A stretch of DNA of 64,000 nucleotides. Origin: the human T2T-CHM13v2.0 reference genome, Homo sapiens. The stretch is from the NCBI RefSeq assembly GCF_009914755.1, contig NC_060936.1; one strand, 5' to 3'. Shown one piece after another: positions 27,621-38,930 of this stretch (within the stretch, counting starts at the first letter, position 1; each line of letters starts with the position of its first letter). A model generated the notes under the pieces. The model saw only the letters and a list, made by a program, of their open reading frames with translations, did no database searches and was not told the DNA's origin. Both the position numbers and the translations under genes were made by a program.

Positions 27621-27725
27621 GTCTGTCCCTCGGCTCTGGGGAGAAAGGGGGGGCTGTGGCGTGGGGGCTGAGGAGGGGCTAAGGCGGGAGGGGCGCCTCA
27701 TCCCTTCACCCTCCCTTTTCGCCAT

Positions 27726-28170
27726 GTGGGGGCCCTGAGCGCCGCCCCAGAAGAGGTCGAGGGAATGTTGTGGGCTGGGGCACACCAGCACGGCAGAAAC
27801 TGGAGAAAGCGAGAGACGTCGCCAGGGACCCAGGGACCTCTCCCTCCAGTTCCCCGGGCCCGCCCGGCCCTGATGGCCACTCACGCTATAGCGCCCACTC
27901 TGTCCTGGGCCATCCCGCGCCAGCAGTGTAGCCCCCAGCCCGGGCGCCTGAATGCTCTCCCTCCGGATCGCTGCTCGGGTCCCCACTTTGGCGACCGTGC
28001 CCCCGAGTCCTGCTTCCCCGGGGCCTGCTCTGTATCAGGCGCCTGCGCCTTCAAGGGTACCCGGCCCGCCTGCCCTCCCCAAGAGCCGAGTTTGCGCTCC
28101 TCCCGGAATCGTTTGAGAGAAGGACAAACTTTTGGCAGGATGGAAATCTAGATGAGCCTGTCCGGAGCAG
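27726..28170 (+). pseudogene. Exon 1 relic of a paralog-group-1 Hox gene (putative HOXC1), hexapeptide region
   Basis: CAA ACT TTT GGC AGG ATG GAA ATC TAG ATG AGC CTG TCC GGA GCA G|gt = QTFGRMEI*MSLSGA-G versus Hox1 QTFDWMKVKRNPPKT-G, same spacing and phase-1 intron; 5' boundary uncertain. Confidence 0.8.
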
Positions 28171-30333
28171 GTAAGCTGGGCCCGGGACGGGTGCGATTCA
28201 GCCCGAGAACAATCTGTCTCTCCCCGTCCCGGTCTCTCCCTCCCCTTACCCCTGTTTCCCCTGCAGGCTGACATATTAATCTGCCTTCCCCCGGGAGAAA
28301 TTTGGGCTGGGGTTGGGCTTCTGTCAGATGCATGGGGTCAGAGCAGCTTTCCTCCCCGAGTTTAGGGACTAAGGTGGTAGCTGGCAGGGGAGGGGGAGGG
28401 TTGCTTCCGAAACTGAGGATTGAGGGGAGGGTTAGGGGCCGAGAAACCCAGAGTCTGAGGGAGACGACTTCTTTCCTCAAACGCAACTTGGGGGAACTTC
28501 GGAAAAGTTTTTTGAGGGGAGATGGAGAAGGGAGCGGAGTTGGGGTTTCGAGGGCTAAAGTGGGAGAGAGGGTGCTCCGCTTCCCGTACTGAAGGAAGGA
28601 TGTGTGTGCTTATTCCCCAGTCGGGACCGATTACCAGCCTAGAAAAACCCAGCCGCGTCCCAAACCCGCTCACCCCAGCAGGCCCTTAGAGACGCTTGGA
28701 GATCCCCAGACACGCCCCGCGGAAAGGGAAGGAAATGCCAGCCCGAGTTGCCGACTCTGCCGGGACGGGGCGGGGGATCCGCCCAGAGCGGTCCCCTGCT
28801 GTCCTGGGCCCTTACGTTGATTCTAAGTTAGGAGTGATCTGAGAGAGGGAATAACTCCCAAAAATCTTTTTTTTTTTTTTTCTGAATCCAATTTGAGTCA
28901 GAGACCCATTTCCTTGAGATGGAGCCAAGCGAGTGCCCCCTCCCGCCTCCAGCACAATCTCCCGCTCTTCTCCAGTTCCCAAAGGAGGGCAAGGAAAAGG
29001 CCCCTACTCTCCTCCCAGGGCTGAGATTTCCTCCCCCACCCAAGAGATGCCCCAGGAGGAAGGAATGGAGAGGTTCTTCAAAGGGCAGTCAAGAGCAGAG
29101 GGTGGGTTCAGAGGTCACAGCTGAACTTGGGGCCCAGGACAAGGGGGAAGGGCGGGCCCAGGCCGGTGTAGAAGCTGCGGGGTGGCCTGGGGAAGTGGAC
29201 AAGGGCAGAGGCCGCTGCAGGTGTTGGGGGGTACCCTGGAGCCCGGGGTGTTCCTGGGCGGGGAGGTCCAGCCAAGCGGCAAGGGTCTGCGCTGTGCCTT
29301 TAGTTTTTAGGTTGGGCCCCTCCTGGGGAGCACCCAGCTGGAGGAGCCAGGCAAGTGGCAGAGGACACCTTCCGACTCCTTGGAAAGGGCCAGGAAGCGA
29401 TCTGGATCCTAGGAGAGAAAATTCCTACGTGGAACATGTGGTGTTCTGGCCCTTCCTGGGTAGACACCTGCAGAGGCCACTTGGCCCTGCCGGGTCAGAA
29501 GCCACAAATCTGCCCAGGCCTTTGTTTTCACTATTCCTGAAGTTTTTCTGCTGTGGCCCAGCACCTGCCCTGGCACCTGCTCGGCATCTGCTCATTGGCA
29601 AGCCCCGGACGGAGTTGGACTGGCCTAGCTGAGAGGTTTAGGAGGGCTTCCGCTGGCACTGCCAACAGGGAGTTTGGCTTGGTCCCCCAAAAAAAGGGCC
29701 TTTGAGAAGGACATGTCCAGGGGCAGACACGAAATCCACTGATACGCAAAACGAATGTAAACCCTTTTCTTTCCTCACATCTTGTGGCCCTTCACACCTC
29801 TGCAGTTCAGAGGATTTGGAATGGAAGGCCTCATCCATCCCCAGTCCCAAAGCAAACGTGGGAGCCAGCTTGGGCGTCTTCTTGCAGGCTGCTGGGGCTT
29901 TGTGTGCTCTGAGAGAAGATGTCTGGTCCTCTGCCTACCCCACTCCCCCTTTGATGAATGTGGTCCTTTTTGCTCCTGCCTCTCCAATACTACCCCTCGC
30001 CCCACCCCCCCACCCCCAACCCAGTCCCACAGATCTATGGGACTATCTCTCTTTTTCTCTTTCCTTGCTCCTCTTCCCCTTTCTTCTTAGGATTGATGGA
30101 CTGACAGCAGTTTGGCAAGGCTTCCCTAAGCCTGTAATAGGGAGCTGTGGACCCAGCCCTGACTTCTCAAGTAGGGGGAAACAGCTCTATTCCCGGGCCC
30201 TTGAGATTGAGTCTCAAGTTGACAGGAGTTGAGAAAGAAATGCATGAAGGATGGCTGGGCTTACGCAGGACAAAAACCTCTACTGGGGAGGGGCCAGTTT
30301 TGTGCCTTGTGCCTACTGCTGAGAGGGAATTTA

Positions 30334-30960
30334 GAAACAAAGGAAGATAAGAAGAAGGCCTAGGGAAACAGCATAAAGGACTGGAAAAATTCAGAACAGC
30401 AAAGAGAAAAAACTGGGAGAGAGGAAAAGATGTGAAAAGGCCCTAATGCTGGAGACAGAAAGGTATTCTGGAAGGGTGGCTGGGATAGAGATAACATGAA
30501 AGGAATATTGATAAAGAGCAGAAGGAAGAAGCAGGACTAGGTTTGTTTGGGTTTTTAAGATTAGAGATAGTCTGGGGCCTGTTAAAATAGAAAATAGAAG
30601 AAAAAAGATTAGAGATAAAGACAGAAAGGAAAAGAAAAGAAAAATAGGGAGAGAAACAGAAAGCAAATGAAAGGAGAGAGCTAGAGAGTAAAAGAAAAAG
30701 GAAGGGAAAGAAAGGGAGGTAAAAGTGAGAAAAAATAAATGGAAGGGAGACAGAAAGATAGGTAGAAAAGGAGGAAAGACAGGGACAAGGGAAAGAAGCA
30801 AGGACAGGGGAAGGAATGGAAGAAAAAGAGAAAGTGAAGGTAGGGCAGAAATGAAGCAAAAGAAGGAAGGAAAAATGAGAAATGAAGATACAGTGAGATA
30901 AAGAAGGAATAAGGGGAGTGAGGGGAAGGCGGGTAGAGAGAGAGAGAAAGAGAAACACGA
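30334..30960. repeat. GA-rich low-complexity polypurine tract
   Basis: About 0.6 kb of mostly A/G on the + strand (core about 30586-30958). Confidence 0.9.
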
Positions 30961-31121
30961 ACTCAACTAAGGTTAACGGTTAACAGAAAGGGGATCCCGG
31001 TTCCTGAGGAGCACAGGGAGGAAAGAGGAGATGGAGGGTGAGCAGAAAGGCCAGTTGGGGCCCCTCCCCGCCTCACCTTGGGCTGCGGAGGCCCTGACCG
31101 CCACCACTCCGCCGTCTCTAG

Positions 31122-31510
31122 GGCCCAGACCTGGGTGATGGCTGCCTGTGAACCGTGGGAGGTAGAGGCAGGGGCTGGCTGCCTGCATACGGGCTTCTCT
31201 TCTCGAAGCAGCTGAGCGAGCTGGAGTTCTTCCTGCAGCCCTACCTGCCCCCGACACAGCACGCCAAGCTGGACACATGGCGTTGAGGCTGTATGACATG
31301 CAGGTCCAGATCTGGTTCCAAAAGGCGTGCATGAAGTACAAGAGGCCAGTGAGGCAGGAATTGTTTGTGGATTCCCACCCTGGCGGCCCCTCTCCCGGGC
31401 TCAATCCTCTCACCCGCAGCCCCAAGTGCCTCCATTCCCACCCTACTGGCAGAGGCTGTCTGAAGACTGGGCAGCTTTGTTCCGGGCTCGGGGGTGCTCT
31501 GGTTCTGTGA
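31122..31510 (+). pseudogene. Exon 2 relic: frameshifted homeobox of a paralog-group-1 Hox gene (putative HOXC1)
   Basis: Branch-like CTGAC 31094 and acceptor AG 31120-31121; frames LHTGFS (31183-31200), SKQLSELEFFLQPYLPPTQHAKLD (31203-31274), [23 protein letters not shown] (31277-31345) align to [55 protein letters not shown]. Confidence 0.88.
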
Positions 31511-31529
31511 GCTTGGGCCTGTTTGATCA

Positions 31530-31872
<343 letters not shown>

Positions 31873-32887
31873 TGATCATTTGTTAAATGAGCCCTTTGCA
31901 CTGGAGGGTTTTTCTGTAGTTTTGGTTAGCCTGCCTGAGTATGTGCAAATGAGACAGGGATGAAGATAAGACCTAGTCCACTTTGCAAGGGTGGGAGGGG
32001 AGTGTGAGGGTGTAGGGGTTGGGAGGATGGGAGGCTGGGAGTGAGATCTTCATTTTCTTCCATTGGTGAGAAGAAAAATCTTCCTCCTTTGCTATCCTTA
32101 TCTCCAACCCTGCCCCAGAAAACCACCTTTCAGGTCAAGGAGTTTCTCCATGCCAGGAGGGGTTGGATTCATCTGCAAAGAGCTTGGGAGGAGGTTTGCA
32201 AATCCTGGAAAAGCCAGAGAAAGGATCTCATACATGAAAGGGAAGGAAGACATTCCCTACCCGGGCAAGTGGACCTTAGGTCTGCAGTAGAGTTCACTGA
32301 ATTCACACACACAAAGAGATTAATTGGTAAGGTGACTTTAGATTTAGCTATAGAGAGGATCAACTTGAGGTTGCTAGGTATCTTTAGCCTGTTGGGCCTG
32401 CACTCCCCATGCCCTGCTCATGTGCTCTGGTTGATTCACAAGGTTTCTTAGAGCCAATTCCTTTGTCTCCCAAAAGTGGGATGGGGCAGGTCACTGAGGT
32501 CAGCCAGTTCCTCCAAGGGCAGTGTATGCCTTGAGGATGGGCTGGGGCACCCCCAAACCACTGGCTAGAAAGGCATGTTCACAGTAAACCTTGCAGTGCT
32601 GTCTCAGGGAGGCCTCTGACCAGCACTGCCTAGCATTGCTCTTTAAGCTTTTCCTCCCCTCTTTTCTCTAGCTTCTCCCTTCCTTTATTTCTCTTTCTCT
32701 CTCTCTTCCTTCCAACCTTTCTGATTTCTCTGTCTCCCTTTTCATCCAGTCCAAGTTGGGGATCTTGTACTATCTTTGTACTCCAGATGGCTCTGCTCTG
32801 AGCCCTTTAGGCTGGTTAACATGTACCCTGCCCTCAAGAGTTCACTATTTGGATGCAAATAGCAGGATTAGAAGATGGGGAGGGAGC

Positions 32888-33250
<363 letters not shown>

Positions 33251-34378
33251 TTAATCATGATTATGACCTTCACATCCCCTTGGCTCACCCCTAGACAATT
33301 CTTCCCCACTCCCAGCCATCTGCAAACCACAGTCAGCCTGTCCCTGCTCCCAAAAATGGAATTGCTGATGCCCTCAAGGCTGTTACTCTCCCAGGGTGAG
33401 TGAGAGTGAGGTCAATGGCGCCAGGTCGGAGCCTCAAACTCTTAAATAAACAAAGCATATTTCCCTATTCCTGATGCAGTTGGGGGTCATCTATCCCTTG
33501 GAATGGAGAGGCTGGCAATTCTGGCTCTTGGCTATCTTTCCACAGAACACCCCTGATTAGCCAGGCCCACCGCCATCCACATCTGCTCGGCAAAGAAGGA
33601 AGGCAGCTTGTTCCAGACCTTGGTGAGCAGCTGCAGACTGCCTGCCTAGAACAGCCTCCTTACTCCAGCCTGGCAGGGAAGGAAGGAACCTGACTTGCTT
33701 CGCAGGATCTGGAAGCTCAGCCGGCAGAGCTGAGAGCCGCAGTTGCATCCTGGAGCCTGATGCTAGAAGCAGCTTCCGTCTTTGGGTTCTTGCTGCCTCG
33801 GCCTCTGCTCTGTTCAGTTTGCTGTTGTGTTTTTCTCCCCCATGTTGGGGTGGTGGGGTACAGGGAAATAAAATGCTTTCTCCCAGGCCCCTAATCCTTC
33901 CCCATGCCTCCATCAGCCTCAAAGCTGCTGACAGTCATGAACTGCACCTTCCAGCCCTGCCCATAAGCTACTCAAAGCAAATTCAAATTCTCTTCTGGCC
34001 AGGAGGAAGGGCAGATGCTCCCTCCTTCCTCAAGCCTCCCTGGCTCATTGATCCATTTTGAGGGCATTTGGGGGTCAAAGTTGAGACCAGATTGCTTCAG
34101 TTTGTATAAAATTAGCATTTCTTATCACACCAAGGCCACACCTGTTCTCTGGCCTCACAAACCAGTGAGGATGTAAAGGTTTGTTGAGGTGGAGGAACAG
34201 AAGTGAAATGAGCAATCTGCTCCATTTAGAAGTCAGTCGCTTCGGCTGTTCATTCCACTAATATTTATCTAGTACCTATTCTGTGCCAAGCATTGTCTCT
34301 ACCTCAGTTTGCCACAAATATGAAAAAAAAAAAATTCTTGGAACTGTGAGGCTTCAATGTGTTGTGGACCAATATACA

Positions 34379-34384
34379 AATAAA
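34379..34384 (+). terminator. Polyadenylation signal AATAAA of the lncRNA terminal exon (alternative AATAAA at 33867)
   Basis: AATAAA followed about 16 nt later by GT-rich sequence. Confidence 0.6.
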
Positions 34385-37300
34385 CCAATGGAAAAGAAAG
34401 TGTGGTTCGGAGTCAGCTGATTTTCATTGCAGCTTTCCATGTGCTGGGTCTAAGAGCCCCTGACTTCCGAGCTCCAGCTACCCAGCCCCAGCTGGTTGAC
34501 AAGCAGGACTTCCCTGGGGCCCATTTGTTTTTCCCACTGGAAAAATGTTAGAATGGGAGCAAGAAGCCTGTGCTGGGATCAACCGCCATGAAAGTCCCAA
34601 AACAAAGGGTTTGGGATGGGCGGCGGTGGGGCCCTCCCAAACATTGCTCCGTCAGAGGTGAGGGAGGGTAGGGGTGATGTGATACGTTTCTCCAGGTTGC
34701 AGAGCAGGTCTGTGAGTTTGCCTTGGTGTAATCACGTGCCTGAAGGTGATAACAAGGGTGTGCATGTGTGAGTGAGCTGAAGGGGGGCAGAGAAGTGTGC
34801 CTGTGCCAGGCTTGTGTACACCGGGCCCAGATGCCTGCACAGGTGCCAGTGTGTGTGTGTGGAGGGGGATAGAGGTGCCTGCAAATCTGAACATGTCTCT
34901 CCATATGTGACCCTCAGTGTATGTGAGAGTGTGTGTACCCGCTGAATTATGATAAAATTACACCGACCCTTACAGAAAATCCATAACAGCCTCGGCCTTT
35001 CTCCCCCGACCTCTCGACCTCTGGGGTGCCTGAGGAAAGGGTTGACCTGGTCACTGCCTCCTCCTAGTCAATGAGTCCCCCTCCATTAGCATAAAACATG
35101 AATCTGCTGGCAGCTTGACAAATTATAACTAGCAGCCAGAGTTTTGCCAACTGGCTGGCTTGGGTGCTGTCTATTTATCATTGAAAATGGTAAATCATAA
35201 GAATCCAGATGACTTAATTATTCAAATCCACCCAGGACCCAGAGAAGCTGCAGGCCCGTCAATCTCAGCCCTGGGCTCACAGAGAAGAGTGGGGGAAATG
35301 CTGTGAGCTTGTGAGCTGGAAGAAGCAGGTTCCATTGCCGCCTCTCCCCTACCCAGAGAGCAGGATTTTTCTCTGCAGCCCCTTCCCCTCCCTGCCGTTC
35401 TGCCCACCTTTCCAGCCAGAAGCCCGGCCAATTGTTTTGGTTGCTGGCCTCCCAAGGCTCTCCCTCGCACGCCTCCCGCTGCCCACCACCCGCTCCTCAA
35501 GCTCAGCCAGTGTTTCCCGGCCTCTCTTTGTGTGGATGTTAGCTCTTTCTCTCTGTTTCAGTGCCCTCATTTTTATTTCTTCTCTTTCTCCTATTCCTTT
35601 CACCATTTCTCTTCGTCTCTCCTCTGCCCACAGATAGACACTGAGCCCCGCACAGGGCCTCTCTGGTGGAGTTTTGCCTGCTCTCCTGGCCCCTTTGTCC
35701 TCACTGTCCCAGAGGTGCCAGCTCAGGATCCCCACGCATACGCACCCCAACCTTAACCCAGCGCTCCGAGTGCTAGAAGGCCTGAATTCGCGTCTCTCTG
35801 CTGTGGGGCCATATGGAAACACACATGTCAGTGGATAATACTGGGCCTGCCCCCACACCCCATACACACAACCTTTCTGTCCCTTTCTTCCGTGGATTTC
35901 TAACTACCATTATGCACAACTTGGGAGGTAGTGGCCAGGCTGTCAGAGATGTGCCCGGACCACTGAGGCAGGGCTTCGTCTCAAGAAGGCCCATCCCTCA
36001 CTCCCAGCATGGAACTACCTCAAGCCCCAGCAGAGGGATTGCTCAACATGAGCTTTCCCAGAAGGAGAAGAAACCCTGTTTACAGAACAAGTCCTAGATC
36101 CAGAGGTCTGCACACTGAGCTTCTGGGGGGCCCTTTGATGTTTGGGTCCTTTTATCTTTGTGTCCCTCACAGTCCAATATAAATATGTCCTACTTTTTCT
36201 TGCAGTCCTGGACCCCGTGAGAAATTTATGCCCTTCTAGACCCACAATGGCAGGTGGGAGGCACATATTCACCAATGCTGATATTGCTTTGACCCCAGAG
36301 GGGAATGTGAGGAGCAAGGAGGTTGCCAGAGCCCCTCTGCTTGAATGGCATCCCGGTCTATTCTTTTGGAGGGCTTGCTTTACCTGTAAGGGCCCTGGAG
36401 GCTCCTCAGAGCCACTTCTGTGTCTGCAGATGCTTGTCAACTTGGTTCTGGGATTCAGTTTGGCTTTGTCGGGGTGTGTGTGTGAGCACGTGCACACCTT
36501 TCGTGGATAACCTGGAGTCTTGACATACTGATGGGTCGTGCCTGGTGGCGTGCATGCCTGCACAAGTGCGCCAGTGCCCCTGATGTGTATGTGGGTGAGT
36601 GTGTATGTGTGCATGAACACACACTTCCAGAAAGAGCCCTTGTGCTGAAACAACGAGTGACAATGTCCCCACCAACAGGACACCTGAGGAAACAGCCCTC
36701 TCCATTCCATTTTAAGGCCTCTGAGCAATGTTGTTGTCAGTGAAATATTGGACTTGGCATATCATAAAACCTTAAAGAAGGAGCTACCTGTTTCTGCTAC
36801 TGAAAGTAAGTTCTTCCTAGAGTCTAGCCTTCTCTTCTTCTTTCAGGGCGGAATATGAGCATAGTCAGAAATCTCGAGAGGGGGCTCCCTACTCCTCCAA
36901 GAGAACATACGTGACATATAGGGAGCCCTTCCACAGCCAGGCTCATCCCCACAGCTTAAACACTTCATCCCCTCACTCTTCCCTTCTTCTCCACCTTTCC
37001 AAGCCAGGGTGATATTTGACAAGGGCAGTGGCGAGGGGTGAAACTTGGGGCGGGTGGCTGGGGGAAGGATAAAGATTCAAAAGCAGGCCAAGCTGCTGGA
37101 AGGCAGGAGATCAATAAGGGGAGACAGATTGGAGACAGGTTTCTCTCACTACTTCCCCACCCCTCGCTGGCTCAGCACCCCCGCCCCAGCTCCTGAAAGC
37201 AGGTGGAGGACAGAGCCAAGCACTGGCCTCTCCCTGCCCTTCTAACTCAAACAGGTTCCTAATCCCTGGGTAGAGGGTAAACAGCCTCTAAGCACGGCCA

Positions 37301-38584
37301 GGATTAACCACAGAAATGCCGCTAATGTATTTCGGGGCACTGCTCCCTGCCCCTACCCCCACCCTGTGTTACTAATTAGCCCAGCAGCAGGGAGAAGCTT
37401 GGGAGGAGCAGCTCAGAATGCCTTTGTGCAGGCTCTGAAAGCACAGGTCTGGGCTCTGGACAGTGTCTCTGGTGCTAGACAAGCTGGGGTGGCAGAGGAT
37501 TCCCGCCCCCTCCCCGCCACTCCTAAATCAGCTCAAAGGCAGACAGGTTTTTCTCTGTGCCCTTCCTGAATCCCCATCTCTCCTTTCCTGTTCACAGCTG
37601 GGAGGCAGGTGGGGGACAAGAGGGAGAGTGGAACCGGCTCTGGAAATCAAACGATGCAATAAAAAATTAATTGTCTAATTAAAACCATGAGGAAGCCCCT
37701 TGCCAGAGTTTGGCTCTGAGTCGTCAGGGCTATAAAGGGTGGGAAAATGAGTCTCAGCTCCTAATAAATTCCTGATTTGCAGCTTGGTCTATCAGCAAAG
37801 GAGCACTGAGCGTTCCACTGGCTAGGCCTCCTGGAGGTCATTCCACCCTCTCTCTGCCCCAACCCAGCCATCACACCCAAAATCCTACACAAGCCCACAG
37901 TCAGGGTTTCCCCAAAAGGAGAGAAAGCGGGGACCCTCAGTCTCCCTGATCTGATGCTTACCCATTTCTTCCTGGTCTTTCCTCGGGAAAGGAAAGTTCT
38001 GGAAACTTCCTCAACCAAAGAGTTCTTCATTTAGGTTAACTAATAACTGTATGAACAAGTTTGCTATGTAGGTTCATTTTGACCTCACCTCTTCCACTTT
38101 TGTGAAAAGTATAATTTATGAACTGATTTATGATTCCCTCTCTTAGATCTTAGTGCTGATTTTTGCAGGTGAATGACAGAGAACCAAGCTAAGAAATTAA
38201 TCTCCCCTCTAAAAGAGGGCTGTGCACCCTGCCCAGTTGACCAAATCCTCTGGAAGAATGAACACAGAGCTAGTCCAGAAAGGAGTGCAGAGTTAGGCAA
38301 CTCTCATGGGCAGATGGATGCCCAAACCTTCTCCCTGAATCACTGAACCATTTCTTCACTTGGGTCTGCCTGTGTAGACACAGGCTCCATGCCTCTATTC
38401 CCTCCCTTTCTTGGCAAAAACAAATGCATTATACATCATCAGAGGTATTAATTCATAATAACAGCGGGAGGAGGTAGTTAGCATACTGCCTTCAACATCA
38501 TATTACATTATTTTATTATACAGAATGCAATATGAACTCTATATCTGTGATTGGCTTCTTTAAACAAACATGGCAGAACAAACA

Positions 38585-38930
38585 AGGGTTGCCCTTCAAA
38601 ACAGTCACCTGCAGGGAACATACACTCATTCCTTATGTGCCTCTATTGATTACAACATACCTGCAGCTTCCTTTTAAAACTGACTTCAGAGCCAGTTACA
38701 AAGAATTCAAGGCAACCATTATTAACTGATTTTTTTGTGGGGCGGGGGGGCGCAGCGGCTGACTGATTCCAAAAAAGCAAAGCATAAAGATTTACCACCA
38801 ATAAGGACGATCAAAAAACTGAGTCACACACCCTGAAGACAATTCCAAAAGAAGGCTGCAAAAAATTGTGTCACTGCACCCTTGTTGAAATAAGGGGGTC
38901 TCCCCACAAGGTGGCTACTCGCAGGCAGCG
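38585..38930. mobile_element. MARNA-like Tc1/mariner fossil with degenerate inverted repeats
   Basis: 'cccttcaaaacagtcacctg...atacactcattcc' and 'ctgaagacaattccaaaagaag...aaggtggctact'; the two ends are imperfect reverse complements. Confidence 0.65.

Noticed and set aside
27815-27860. Possible remnant of the Hox1 N-terminus (RDPGTS versus GDSGTC)
   Set aside because: Too short, and the diagnostic MxSFLEY motif is not recognisable
30391-30966. 191-aa and 171-aa F/L/S-rich minus-strand ORFs resembling membrane proteins
   Set aside because: Artefact of translating a polypyrimidine strand
31277-31510. 77-aa ORF with QVQIWFQ as a functional homeodomain micro-protein
   Set aside because: Helices 1-2 are in other frames and the invariant N51 and R53 are lost; treated as a pseudo-exon
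33398-33414. GAGTGA-n5-AGGTCA as a DR5 RARE
   Set aside because: First half-site is too degenerate to distinguish from chance
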